Positions 14,111-27,815 are shown, counted from the first letter of the stretch. The stretch is 64,000 nucleotides of DNA from Octopus vulgaris (GCA_951406725.2 OX597819.1:74896001-74960000); one strand, 5' to 3'. The notes: generated by a model from the sequence alone, not told the origin. Translations and numbers: made by a program.

Positions 14111-15759
14111 TGTAATTAGGCATGCTGGAAAAAGGAGAGGAAAATAAAAGGAAAGGAGAAAGGTCAAGTAATAACGTATGGAGTATGAAAGTTCAAAAGT
14201 CGAGGAGAGAAGAAAAAAGGAGAGAAGAGAAGAGAAGAAAAAAAAGGAAATAAAAGAGAGAGAAAGGCAAAGTATTAAAGTTCAAAAATCAAGGTAGATT
14301 GGAGCGATTTACATCAACGAAAAATTTCAGTGAAATCTGTGAAAGTAGAGTCGGTATATCCAGTGCTAATCCAGGTGGAGTGCCGGTATGTAGATGAGGA
14401 GAGGTACAGAAAGTTCGGAAAGTAGTTAAGATATGTTAAGTCCAAAGAGCAGGAAGTGAAAGCAAGATAAAACTGGGGCAACCACGTGAACATATAAGAT
14501 ATAGCTGAAATTTATAGGAAAACAAAAGACGAAGACATATACATACATACATATAATGTCTTCGTCTTTTTGAACTCCATTTAACGAATTAATTCTTACG
14601 ATGATCATTTGCTTACACATACACACACACATGCATATGTACATATTTACGTGCACAGACACATATACACACGTATATTTTACTTGTTGGGTCTGAAGAA
14701 AGGGGCAATGCCAATGGCCCAGACCAATGAGATTGTTACCATTAATGTTCCTCTTGAGCCTTTAACACCTGCACGGGATCTTTGAACGGATAAGATCCCC
14801 TGCACGAAAAATATAAGGAAGAAGGGATTGCGAAAGTAGAGAAGGGAAGACGATGCAATTCTTGCACCCCGTTGAAACCTGCCGACTGTTCAATCCATGA
14901 CAGCATGGGACAGAGACGTTAAATGATGACGATGATGTTGTTGGCGGAGATGATGATGATGATGATTATGCATGTATGTATGCATGTATGGGGTTTTATA
15001 GAAAAGCAAGAAAAATAAGTAAAAAAATTAATTTTACGACAGCGAAAAAGAAAAAGGTGACAGACAACAAAACTTCCCCTCCATTTCACCCAAGTTGTGA
15101 TTTTTTTCTGAATTATTAAAAAATTTTAATCTATTTATTTATTTGGTTCGTTTTTTTTTTTTTAATCAAAAATACATATTGAAGAATCTTAACCTCAGTT
15201 GATTAAAGCATAAATCTGAAACATTTTCAAAGGAAAATCAAAACTGAAAAATTACGTTAAAAGTAGCAGGAATTTTCCCCGCAACTTCTCACTCCCATTT
15301 TCGCTTCCTTTCGTCTTTTCTCCTTTTTTTCCCCTTTTAAATCGTAATCAGTGATGTTTAAAACATAGAAATTGTGTCTTTGGCACATTATATAATTTAA
15401 AACTATTCTATAGGAACGCTATATATATATATATATATATATAGATAGACAGAGAGAGAGAGAGATACATTCATACATACATACACACACACACATACAC
15501 ACGGACGTAAAAGGGTGAAGGCCGTGACACACATTGTTTCTCACAAGAGAATAATATGTTCAACACAAAACCTGAAGTAATACAATTTATGTCTAAGTAA
15601 AGTTTAGACCTTAGTAATTTTATGTCTTGTAATCGTTAAATTTTAGCTTCAATTAAATAACAATGTCTAATCAATTAAGTGCACATACACACACAGTTAT
15701 GCGGATATAACTGGGTTATATAGCTTTAATTACATAAGCCTGCTATAGGGTAGACGGTG

Positions 15760-15935
15760 CGCTGGCAGAATCGTTAGCACGCCGGACGAAAGACTGAGCT
15801 ATATTTCTTCCATCTCTACGTCCTGAGTTCAAATCTGGCTGTCGTCGATTTTTGCCTTTTATCCTTTCAGGGTCGATAAAAATAAGTACCAGGTGAACAA
15901 TGAGGTCGACGTAATTGACTAGCACCTCCCCCCAA
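15760..15935 (+). mobile_element. Family-A SINE
   Basis: gctggcagaatcgttagcacgccgg...gagttcaaatc...gggtcgataaaaataagtaccag. Confidence 0.8.
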
Positions 15936-16117
15936 ATTTCAGGGATTATCTCATTAACAGAAAGAATTATTCTTTGACTTTAATTATATAACTCTTTCTC
16001 CTATTAAAGATGTCTGCTGAGAGAGGAAGAGAGAGAGATAAGATAGAAGGAGAGATGTAAGAGAGAGGGAGACAAAAGAGAAAGACAGGGGGTAGATAGG
16101 AGATTAAGAGGAGAGAA

Positions 16118-16200
16118 TCGCGACGGCGCGGTTACGTGAGCGGAAGTGTGGAACTCTCCTGTCATTATCGTCATCCGGGTTATTTCAGAAGCCATCTTAG
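16118..16200 (+). promoter_or_regulatory. Probable ZNF207 promoter region
   Basis: CpG-rich patch cgcgacggcgcggttacgtgag, ETS motif CGGAAGTG (16141-16148) and YY1-like GCCATCTT (16191-16198), ~300 bp upstream of the ATG. Confidence 0.6.
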
Positions 16201-16498
16201 GTTTCTTCACCCCAAAAAACGCAGCTGAAAAAAATTTGGTGTAAAACTTTCGTTATTTTATTTGATTTGATTTAAATAACCAACAACAACATTATAAAGT
16301 TGTGGTTTTTCTCTTTAGACAACACTACTTCAACAGTGGCCCTCAATTGTGCTCGCTTTTGTCTATTAATTACCCTTCTCCCCAGACGTCCGTCTCCCCC
16401 TCTTCATCCAACATTCACATCAACCGTTTCAGTTTTATTGTCTTTTTCAATATCAACCAGGAAATAACTTCAAAAGTCTCTAAAAATTATTAATAATA

Positions 16499-16539
16499 AT
16501 GGGTCGGAAAAAGAAGAAGCAGTTGAAACCTTGGTGCTG
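16499..16539 (+). CDS. ZNF207: ZNF207/BuGZ coding exon 1
   Basis: MGRKKKKQLKPWC(W), the diagnostic ZNF207 N-terminus; followed by the GTATCCTTT donor. Confidence 0.96.
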
Positions 16540-17030
16540 GTATCCTTTCATATTTTATATATTATTTTTTTTTTCCTGTTTATCATTTTCTGTTGAAATG
16601 TTTTAATATAAAAAGACTTTGTTGTGTTTAATATTGTGATTCTTACTGCTCTCTCCCTTATTTATTTCATTTTACTTTATTATTTTGCAAAATTTATTTT
16701 TCATATACGATATTTGATGATTTTATAATTCCTTAAGTATTCCCTTGTATTTTTTCACAGCCTTTTTCTACAAAATCTTCGCGCCTTCACTATAAAACGG
16801 ATATTTTTGCTATCTATTGCCAGTGTGTGTATAAATATATAATAGAATTACAAAATAAAAAAAAAAAACATGGTCGGTCATTTGTGAAGTCTCCTTAAAA
16901 CCATTTTATTATTAAGGGTTTCTCTTTTTTTAATTACCTTTGTTTCCAATTTTTGGATCAGATCATTAATTTATTCCTTTGTTATTTAACTAATACTACA
17001 ATAATGCTTTCTTTACATCTACACTAAATG

Positions 17031-17070
<40 letters not shown>

Positions 17071-17676
17071 GCATACACACAAACACAATTGTGGAAAACG
17101 CATATTAGCCATTCAAAAGCACATTGTTTTAACTTCCCTTTTAACAGTGTTTGGTGGCAAAATGTTCATTGCGCCAATTAGGACCTTGTCACCGACATGG
17201 TTTCACTTGGCTATTTTTCAATGGTTGTGTGTCTTCCATTCTAATTGTTTTGGTTTCAATGCATGGCCTCAAATCAAATCCATGGCCTGCCAACTATACC
17301 TCTGAAATACAGATGCGCAACCGTGGCTGTGTAGAAAAAAGTTTGCTTTTCAAGCTCATGATTCTGAGTTCGATCCCACTGCATTACACCTTGGACAAAT
17401 GTGTTCTATTATAGCTTCGGACTGATCAAAACCTCGAGTGAATTTGGTAGGGCGTGCTCTTTCTAACGGAAGAATACCAGTAGACGTAAATTGAAAACCC
17501 CTCGTGTGTCCTGTAGCTGCTTGACAACCGGTGTTGGTGTATTTACGTCCCCGTAACTTGGCAGTTAGACGAAAGAGTTTGATAGAATAAGTACTGGGGT
17601 CGATTCTCTCGACTAAATTCTTTCAAAGCGGTGCCCCAGCATGGCTGCAGTCTAGTGACTGAAACATATATATATA

Positions 17677-17805
17677 CAGGGTGATTCAAAAGTCACCATA
17701 CATAGGAAAAATGTATTTTTTAAATAAGAAACAGTTAAATAAAAAAACAACAACTTTCTTATAAAAAAATAAATTCTTCTGTATGGCAACTTTTTAATTA
17801 CCCTG
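17677..17805. mobile_element. Tc1/mariner-type MITE
   Basis: ~25-bp imperfect TIRs cagggtgattcaaaagtcaccatac / gtatggcaactttttaattaccctg, next to a TA run. Confidence 0.7.
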
Positions 17806-18067
17806 TGTGTGTGTGTGTATGTATATGTATATGTATATATATATGTATATATGAGAGAGAGTTATGGTATATTCTGTTAAGAACATAGAGTACAGTGTAA
17901 AGTTCGTTCTCCTCCAGTTGTGTGTGTGTATATACATATATACAGGGGAGGCTTGTATGTATGGGCGACTGCTGGTCTTCCATAAACAACCTTGCACGGA
18001 TTTGTGCTTCGGAGTAACTTTCCAGGTGCAATCCTATGGTTATTCATGACCGAAGGGGGGGGTCACC

Positions 18068-18105
<38 letters not shown>

Positions 18106-21100
18106 GCAAACTTGAACAATTATTTTTAGATAACACAACGTGCTTCACCGTTTCTTTCATAAAATATATTATAACCATTCTAGTCCCTTCCCTCAACCTA
18201 TGTCGTCAGTATTAATGTAATAATACAAACCACGAGATAATATCTGAACTTCTAATTGTGTAAAATCCCTCCCTTCCTTTCTCATAACTTTCGGGCGGTC
18301 CCTCTCCCTGTCATCTTTTCCCGTTTCGGATATCATGACTTCAATCTAGACCATTATTTATATGACTAACTTCTCATTTAGTGATTCCTACAAGAAGTAT
18401 CGCTATTCCTGTGCAACTGTATTTTCTATAAAACTTTGGTAGTTCTGATTATCTTTTGTTATGGTTTGAAAAATCTCTGTCAAAACGGAGAAAATCCATC
18501 TTATGTAGATGACCTATTCCAGACCTCTGCCGCGGGAAGAAGTGGCCATTTTTTTCTTTTCTTTCTTTTTTTTTTTTTAACGTAAAGAAGCGACTTGATT
18601 AATGTAAGGAACGCCCACTTGGTTGTTAATTGCTCAGAGTTAAAGAGGAAGCTAATTAGGTGTTTTAGTTTTTGACATTGTTTATTTTTCTTCGTCAGAG
18701 GCCACTTCCGGCTGACAGTAGGCGTGGCTGTGTGGTAAGAAGTTTGCTTCCAATCACATGGTTTCAGGTTCAGTCCCACTGCGTGGCACCTTACGGAAGT
18801 GTCTTCTATAGTCTCAGGCCGACCAGAGCCTTGTGTGTGGATATGGTAGACGGAAATAGAAAGAAGCCCGTCGTATTTATATGTGTGTGTCCTTGTGTCT
18901 GTCCACTATCGTAGCTTGACAACCGGTATTGGTGTGTTCACATCCCCGTAACTTAGCGGCTCCACTGTTCATTCATTTTTGATTGCTGGCAGCAACCACT
19001 TTATTTACTAAGTTGTCCATGCCCTTGAAAATAGGCATGAACATCACACAGTCTTATTCTCCTGTCTTATAAATTCGTTGTTTTGTAGCTGTGTTGGCAG
19101 AAAAGGTAAAGCAGTGCATGAAATACCTCTGTTCTGAGGTAAAATCTTACCAAAATGGATCTGGTTTCCCTCTTTTCATCAGTAAAATAAGGATAAAACG
19201 CATTAATAGCAATACAAAGCCAACTGACAAAAATGTACATTCCAAAGAATTATCTCAATTGTCTTTTACTTACTTTAGTTATAAGACTGCGGTCATGCTG
19301 GGGCACCTCTTGACGAATTTAAGTTGAACGAATCAACCCCAGGACTTCATTTTTTTTCTTTTAAGCCTGCCACTTATTCTATCAATGTGTTTTGCTGAAC
19401 TGCTAAGTTATGGAGATGTAAAGCACAAACACACTGGTTGTCAAGTAATGGTGACATAATTGTATATACGATGGGATTCTTTCAGTTTCCATCTACCGAA
19501 TCCACTGATAAGGCTTTGGTTGGCCTGAGGCTGTAGTAGAAGTCTCTTGCCTAAGGTGACCTGGAATGGGGCTGAACCTGGAACCATGTGGTCAAGAAGC
19601 AAACTTCTTGCCATGTCAGCACCTATGTTTAATAATATTAATTAATGGCTCAGTTAAGAACTTCGCTCCCCCACCCCCCATTATGGTTTCAGGTTCATTC
19701 CTTTATTCCCACTGAATGACACTGAACTAAAAGAAGCATGTTTTGTGTGTGTTTGTGTCTCCTTGTCTTAACATTGCATGATAGTTGTAAATGAGTGTCA
19801 CTGTCATACAAGCAGTGTCATTCACTTTCAGTCTTTCATGTAAACATGTCTGGACATGGGTGAGGGTTGGAGACAGGAAGGGCATCCAGCCATAGAAGAT
19901 CAATCCCCTCCATCAGATCCATAAAAGCACAGAAAAGTAGACATGAATGAGATGACAATGAAATGCTTAAATTTTAACTGACATCCCACTCTCTGATTTA
20001 CTCCTTCAATGTAGTGACCTCATTTTATGGAATAATTACCATATATTAGATTGGACTTGATCCAATTTTGGCCTGCAAAATTTAGCTCTTACACTATCAA
20101 AATAAATACTAAAGTCAGTGGTTTGATTGGACATCAAGTGATTAGGGAACATGTCTGCTGAACTTCACTGACTGTTTACCCAGAGCACTGCATTTAGCAG
20201 AAATGGAATGTTACCAGTCATGGGTTTCGTTTCAATGTCCTTAAGGAAACTGAGAACTACCCAGGATTTGTTTTTGCTTTTTAAGGATCTCTTGTAGATA
20301 TGAAAGTGTTCTGTACTCCTTACAATCCACGTAAAACTAATTCCTTCTGACTGTTGGGATAGAAATGGTAGGGGTCATAAAATTATAAGTATGAAGACTT
20401 TGTAAATATTGACAGCATGTATGACTGGAAAAGAAATGCAAGACTTTGGAGTTAGGTGTTCCACTTCCAGGTCCCAATTTGAAATTTCCAATTGATTATT
20501 TGATGTAAGTGTACTAGATAAATGACCTCAATCTGCCTGCTTTGTTGTATGTAAAATTAGCTTTCACTTGCGCATTAGCAGCAGTGGGAGGAGGAAACAA
20601 TTGGATAACTATAGGTGAGTGAAGAACAACCTTGAAACCAATGGACTGGACCTGCAGAGATGACAATAATAAGATATAAATATTTATCATTTGCCATTGA
20701 TTTTCAATATCAATTAATATTAAGGTAAAATTGATGCAGAACAGCTAAAGAAAAATCTTAGGATTGTTTATGTATTTTAACAATATCCGGCTAGATAATT
20801 CTGTGTAATGTTTTAAAACAGATTCATGTTGAAACTTGATTCATCTGTGTTTACTACACTGTGTGTGTGTGTGGTTTCTGTATGCTGTGCAAGCTGACTT
20901 TCTCTTCATGTTTACTATGGTAGGGATATATAATGCATAAATATATATAATATATTTATGATCATCATTTAATGTCTACATTCTATGCTGGCATGGGTTG
21001 AATTGTTTGATAGGATCTTGTGAGCTGCAAGGCTGTGTAGGGCTCTAATGTCAGTTTCAGCATGGTTTCTGTGGATGCCCTTCCTAATGCCAACCACTTG

Positions 21101-21899
21101 TACTGGGTGTTTTTTACATGCTCCTAGCACTAGTAACATTGTGTGACGGAAGAAGAGCAGTGAGAAGAAAAAGTTTCCATATTTGAGAGGCTGAAGTAAA
21201 GTAGAGGGACAAGTGTGTGGCTGTAGAAGAGGTATATGGCTTACCCCTATTATATATAGATGTGGGTGGTAGTGAGGGAGAGCCAGAGCAAGAAGGTGAA
21301 CTTAAGAGAGGGTGTGGGCAGTAGGTCTTGAGAGGGCAGGAGAGCATTGGTGCTTTCATAGTGTGAAGGGTAGTAGTAACAGAGGGTGATGGAATTGATT
21401 GTAATGAGTGATGAACCGGGGTCAAGGTTCAGTCGAGGGAAGTATCAGTATGGAGAGGTGTAAGATGGGAGATATACTAGTAGTTCAGAGAGGAGAATAG
21501 ATCAGAAAGTAACACCACCACCCCATGATGTGCAAGGTGTTGGAGCAGTGGAAGGGGGAGATACAGAGATATAGTAAGTGGGGTGTGATGGTAGAGGTGA
21601 GGGGGTGTTGAGAATGGAGTATGGTAAAGGGGAGAGAGAGATGAAGAGCTATTGAGATAACAGGAGGTGATTGGTGGAAATGGAAGCAATTCTAGGGAGA
21701 GGAGGGATAAAGGTAACCATTAGGAAATGGAATGAAATATGTCCCCCAGCCCTAGTAGTACCATAAATAGGGAGTAAAAGGTGTTAGGGGATGAGACTTG
21801 AGAGGATGCTCAATAGGGCAGAGGGAGGGAGAAGAGGGCACTGCTCATCCATAGAACTTATTCTGTGAGTGATGGGTCTTCTCGGGCACAATAAATCAC

Positions 21900-22340
21900 C
21901 AATTATCTTAATCTCATCCAAAAAGCTCAGCATCTTGAGATCAGGCTTCAGTACTTCATCTCATGTCTTCCTGTGTGTCTCTCTCTCACTTCCATGAATT
22001 CCATCCACTTAAAGCAATCAGCACTTCTTTATGCAACTGTTCTCATCTAGTGATCCCTTGACTGTCGCAGGTATTACATTCCAAAACCCCCCACAGAAAT
22101 AATTAAAATCTGAAAAAATATCAATACCTATCGGCTGCAGAAACCTGTGATATACTGAGGAATACGCAATATAAATTTACATGTATTAGCCAGAAAAATC
22201 TGATGTGCTGAATGCGTGATAGGTGAGCTGCAATATGGCGAGGGATTACTGTAAATGCATCACATGCCCATATCAGCAGTCTTCTTTCTTGCACATTACA
22301 TCTGACACCTCTTATAATTTTCTCTCAATACATTAGCACT
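21900..22340 (-). mobile_element. Degenerate RTE LINE 3' fragment interrupted by a small TIR element (~22049-22252)
   Basis: Minus strand resembles YGHV...SCIKKC..L.VDG...RKTWDEV; the insert has ends tagtgatccct / agggattactg. Confidence 0.5.
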
Positions 22341-24183
22341 TTATCATATGTGCACATGCACTGGACGTACTTGTGTGTGTGTGTGTTAAACTTCAATGTA
22401 TCTTGCATTTAGTCTCATGAGGTCAGAGCTTATCCAAGTTTTGGTGTTGCTTCAATGACACAAAGTACCAGGGACAACAGTCCATCACACACAGTTTAAT
22501 TACTTCCAACGTGTCACTGGTACTTGGTTTTAGACTAGACTAGAACAATGTGAAATGAAGTGTGCTTTCCAGAGAGAAAATATGTCATCTGGTTTAGAAA
22601 TGTCTCATGAACATAACAACCCAGACTGTTGGACCGCACCTAGTTTTCATTTGAATATGAATGAAAGTAGACTAGTTTGTTTGTGTATACTCATGCACAC
22701 ACACACACACACACACACGTATATTGCATAAAGAATGAATGTCCTTGAAATTTACTTTTAATATTTTTAACAAAATAAAATCTGCTCTCAGAAACTGGAG
22801 CCTCTGGTGTGTGTGTCTCTTCTTCTGTTTTTAATTATTTGAAATATTCCTTAAAGGAAGGAGCTAATTTTTAACAAAGTTACAAAGTCCTATTGTTGGA
22901 ATGTAGATGACAAAACAATTTCAAATTGTTGAGAAATATCTTGCATATTTTCACTGCTGACAGATTGTACTGTCCAAGTTGGCTGGTTGATTTCTTTTCT
23001 TGCAAACCTTAGCCTCTCCAGATTGTCATTCACAAAACCAAGTCTGGCTGGTGGCACAGGAAAAGCTCCTTTTGGGTGTTGGGCCTAACAGAGGCAATGA
23101 CCAAGACCTTTGGCATTATGTTATGCTTGAGAAGAAGACCCATCAAGCCAAGTAAAATTTCAGTTGTGGCATGTAAAAGCACCCATTACACTCTCAGTGG
23201 TTGGCATTAGGAAGGGAACCCTGCCAAGCCAGACTGGAGTCTGGTACTGCCTTCCTGCTTGCCAGCCCTGGTCAAACCATCCAGCATGGACAATGGATGT
23301 TCAATGATGATGATGATGGTGATAATGTGAATTTAGAAGCTGGAGGTTTCAAAGTAGTTGTCCATTGTTATCTTCTTTCTCTTTGATTTCTGAAGAGATA
23401 TTCACATCAGTAGGATAGTAGATCCCCCCTCCACACAACTTAGTCAAATGAATTGACCCCAGTAATTTTTTTAAGCCTAGTACTTTTTCTCTCAGTCTCT
23501 TGCTGAACTGCTCAGTTATGGGGACATAGACACACCAACACCAGTTAAGTGGTGGTGGTGGGGGACAATCACACACAGATATATATGACCAGCTTCTTTC
23601 AGTTTCTGTCTACCAAATCCACTCAAGGCTTAGGTCTGCCCATGGCTAAATAGAAGACACTATCCCAGTGTGGCACGCAGTGAAACTGAACCTAGGGCTA
23701 TGTGATTGGGAAGCAGGTTTCTTACCATGCAGCCACGTATATCCAGCGTGTCATGTTTGCATCATCTGTCTGTATTTGTGGCACAGGGATAAAAGCGTAG
23801 TTCACCTACCTGTCATAAATCAATCCTTTCCCGTCGGGATATATCCTTGGGTGTGGGGTCCTACCCACCTAATGCCAAATTCCCTCAGCTTATGCAGCTA
23901 CTACATCCATTCCAAGTGAGAATCCCAAAGCAAATGAAGTCCATGATAGCAGTCCTTCTGTTTGCATCACCTCCTTTGCTCCTGTTCCTTCCAGTAAGAC
24001 CCTTTGGTCATTCACATGACATCACTGACCCTGTACATTTTGCCCTAGCCCCACTGTATGTATGAATTTTTCCTGTAATTGAAAAGAAGTTAGAAAAGAT
24101 TGAGAGTGAATTGTATATTTGGGAGGTTTAGGATGGAGGTCCATGATTGCTACAACCCATGGTGCATCAAGTATGAGTGTGTG

Positions 24184-24226
<43 letters not shown>

Positions 24227-24859
24227 TTATACATAGTGTTGGTGCCATGTACAAAGCACTCAGTCTCCTCTGTAAAGTGGTTAGTGTTGGGAAGGCCATC
24301 CAGCTGTAGAAACCCTGCCAGAACAGTGAGGTCCCTGTCAAATCATCCAACCTATCCCAGCATGGAAAATGGATATTAAATGATCATCACACACATACAT
24401 TTAGCACAACATGGTACACTTGTTTCATTTGCTATGGTGGTAAACGCCATCAGATGTTGCAATAGAAACAGCAGATAGAATTCTCAATTGCTCGCACTGA
24501 ATGAAAGGGCTTTTTTTGGCGACCTTAGCCAAAACCTTTGACTTCACTTGGCCAGTAGAACTGCTACTTTATTATTTCTTTACAATTCATATATGCTTGT
24601 TTTGTTTTTTTTTTATATTTTGCTGAGTGGTGAGCTGACAGAGCCATTAGCGTACCAGGCAAAATGCTTAGTGGCATTTTGTCTGTCTGAGTTTGACTTT
24701 GCCTTTCATTGTTTTGGGGTTGATAAAATAAGTACCAGTTGGACATGGGGGCGGGGGTTTGATGTAATCAACCTTGTTCCCTCTCCACCAATGCTGGCCT
24801 TGTGTCAAAATTTGAAACCAATATTATTTTGCCAAGTTGTTTCCTTAAATCTAACTCAG

Positions 24860-24986
24860 GTACTGCAATAGAGAATTTGATGATGAAAAGATTCTCATCC
24901 AACATCAAAAAGCAAAGCACTTCAAATGCCATATATGTCACAAGAAACTTTACACAGGGCCTGGCTTATCGATACATTGTATGCAA
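24860..24986 (+). CDS. ZNF207: ZNF207 coding exon 2 (C2H2 zinc fingers)
   Basis: [42 protein letters not shown]; cag| ... |gtaagt. Confidence 0.97.
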
Positions 24987-25842
24987 GTAAGTGATTGCTT
25001 TCAATTAATATTAATTTCTCCTTTTCAATTATTTGCTATTTGAATTGCCATTTGAGATTTAGTCTTATTGAATGTCCTCCAGGGGCCAGACCTATTGATT
25101 ATTATATCTGTTGGATTTTACCAGTGCCCTTAAATCCGTATAGAGTATGGTAGACTTGATAAGCTTGATTTGCAGCAGCATGCTCTGCTTTTAACATCAT
25201 ATCTACCCTCCCCGTTGTTTGCTAACACACAAACACCATACAAGACTGTTTCAATATTGATTATTGATTTCATGTTCAATAATTTCTTGAGTCGTGTCAC
25301 AGTGACATAGAAACATCTCCTGTTGATTATTGGTTGGCACAGTTGTGCAGCACTTGTGTCTTGTAGCCGAGTTTGATTTAGTCAATAGCTTAGAAAGGGA
25401 TGATCTTTATCAAACTAATCTGCAGCTTTATTTCTAATCATTAGAAATGTCTAGTAAATAATAATTTATATAGAATTTAAATTCTATAGCAGAAGAGAAA
25501 TTTACCATGTCCATTTTTGAATTTCTTTTTAAAATTATATAAAGTTTTGTAAAGATTAATTTAAGTTAGAATGAAGAAATACATAGGTGCAGACATGGCT
25601 GTGTGGTAAGAAGCTTGCTTCCCAACCATGTGATTCCAGGCTCAATCCCACTGCATGGCACCTTGGGCCAACCAAAGCCTTGTGAGTGTATTTGGTAGAT
25701 GGAAACAGAATGGAAAGTGAGAGTTCCATGAGATATCATTCTTTTGAAATTTCTCTGATACTAGTTTCTTCATTTCAACTTTTTTGTCATCAGCTTGTCC
25801 TTAAATAAAATGCTAAATATTTACAAAAAACCTTTTTTCTAG

Positions 25843-25975
25843 GTTCATAAGGAAAAAGTTGATAAAGTTCCCAATGCATTACCTGGTCGGAATAACATAG
25901 AAATAGAAATCTATGGAATGGAAGGAATTCCCGAAGAAGATATGAAAGAACATGAAAAACACAAACTTGGAAAAG
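25843..25975 (+). CDS. ZNF207: ZNF207 coding exon 3
   Basis: [44 protein letters not shown]; ttttttctag| ... G|gtacct; phase matches exon 4. Confidence 0.93.
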
Positions 25976-27309
25976 GTACCTCACCACAGTTTTTTTCTTT
26001 TCTCATTATTCTTAATGTATTCAATACTAGTTATGAGATAATCCACTTTTAGATAATTGATATCTTTCCAGTATTTCTAATATTGCTAATATAAAGTGAT
26101 GTTTTGTTTGTCAGAATGTTTTACAATTGAGTCCTGTCAATACAAATGGAATCTATAGAATAGCGTTGTTCCTCAGCCACCAAATATTTTAGCTCTTCTC
26201 TACCACCATTCACCTCTCACTCTTCTCGAGCACAATGCCTCTCTCTTATGCATCATTGTTTTCTGCTGTTTTACACCCCACCCTCACCCCATGTCTCATT
26301 GGACATTCCCCCCATCTCTTATCCACCATTCCCTTCATCCATCCCCTTAACATTTGTATTTTATTATGTAAAGAGTCAGAAAAAATGCATTTCGTCCAAC
26401 ACGAGAATAATTCTGTCAGCTCCACTGCCCTGACAATCTAGGAGGCAGTAAAAGCAGTTTTGAGAACCCCAATTTCACATATTATAGTGCAGTGGTTCCC
26501 AACCTTTTCACTAATGTGTGTGTGGTTGCCTACCTTTAACGGTAACATTGATTTCAAACTTTGGCACAATGCCAGCAATTTCGGGGCTTAGGAGGTAAAC
26601 TGATTGCATCAACCCAGTATTCAACTGGTATTTATTTTACCGACCCCCCTCCTCCCAAAAGGATGAAAGGCAAAGTCAATCTTGGTGGAATTTGAACTCA
26701 GAACATAAAGGCAGATGAAATGCCACAAAGCATTATGTCCAGCATGAGAACAATCCTGGCTGCTCCCACCGCTTATCTTTGGCTGGAATATTGTTGGGGT
26801 TCTTAGTGCTGATATGATTTGATGCAAAGATGAAATCTGGTTGACTGTCTGCTCACTGGTCTGGCATTCAGATCTTTGGAAAGGGCCTTTTCATACTGAA
26901 TTGAGAGAGACCCCTTTATCCTATATTTTGCTCAGTTTGTCTCTTCCTGTTTGAGTATAGTTCTTAGACTCTTACTGTAAGAGACTCTCCGATTATTCTT
27001 CAAAGATATTCTTCATTTCTTTCCAGTCATTCTTTCCTTTTTCTGTTTCTAATGATATACACACTTCCTTGAGGCCCCAATAAATTTTGGAAATAAGGAA
27101 TTTTTAGAGATTTAGTAATATAGATGCTCGCTTTTGAGAGTGTTTGGAACATACTTTTGTATTTCTAATTCTTAAAGTTATGCTGGAAAATTAAAATTTA
27201 GATCTAAATACTTTCACATTGTCCATTTTAAATCCTAAGACATTAGTGTCCTTGGGTGTTAAAATTCTTTTTTTTTTATTAAATGATTTTCTTTTCTTCC
27301 GTATGCTAG

Positions 27310-27528
27310 GAGATAATCGGCAGCCGCAAGCAGACAGTGATGAAGACAGCAACAGTTGTCCCGCTAACAACACTTACTTCAATGGAGGTCAGGTACCAGT
27401 TGCTGCAATGCCACCTTTTGTTCCTCCAGGGGCTCCTAGTATGCCTCCTCTTCCTCCAGGACCGGGACCAGCTGGGCCATTAGGGCCAATAGGACCTATC
27501 GGTCCAATGGCGCCAATGCCTCCTGTTG
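27310..27528 (+). CDS. ZNF207: ZNF207 coding exon 4 (acidic, then Pro/Gly-rich)
   Basis: DNRQPQADSDEDSN...MPPFVPPGAPSMPPLPPGPGPAGPLGPIGPIGPMAPMPPV; ctag| ... G|gtaagt. Confidence 0.9.
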
Positions 27529-27815
27529 GTAAGTTTCTTCCATTCAAATATACATGTGTTTCATTCTGCTGAGAATTCTTCAAGGTGGTGCTTCAACTTG
27601 GCCACAATCTAATGACTGAAACAATATATATATATATTCTTTTAGTCATTTCACTGCAGCCATGCTGGAGCACCATCTTCAGTGAAACAAATCTACTCCA
27701 AGACTTACTCTTTGTAAGCCGAGTACTTATTGTATCGGCCTCTTTTGCCAACCATTAAGTTATGTGGATGTAAGCACACCAAGATTGGTTGTCAAGCGAT
27801 GGCTGGAAGGCACAA

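Larger units (their letters stand above)
16540..24859 (+). other. ZNF207: U12-type (minor spliceosome) GT-AG intron 1 of ZNF207
   Basis: 5' site GTATCCTTT; branch TTCCTTAAA at 24841-24849, 10 nt from the end of CAG, with no polypyrimidine tract; TG|G rejoins the Trp codon. Confidence 0.93.

Noticed and set aside
25797-25842. TCCTTAAA in ZNF207 intron 2 as a second U12 intron
   Set aside because: The donor is canonical GTAAGT, and the motif is >30 nt from an AG that has its own pyrimidine tract.
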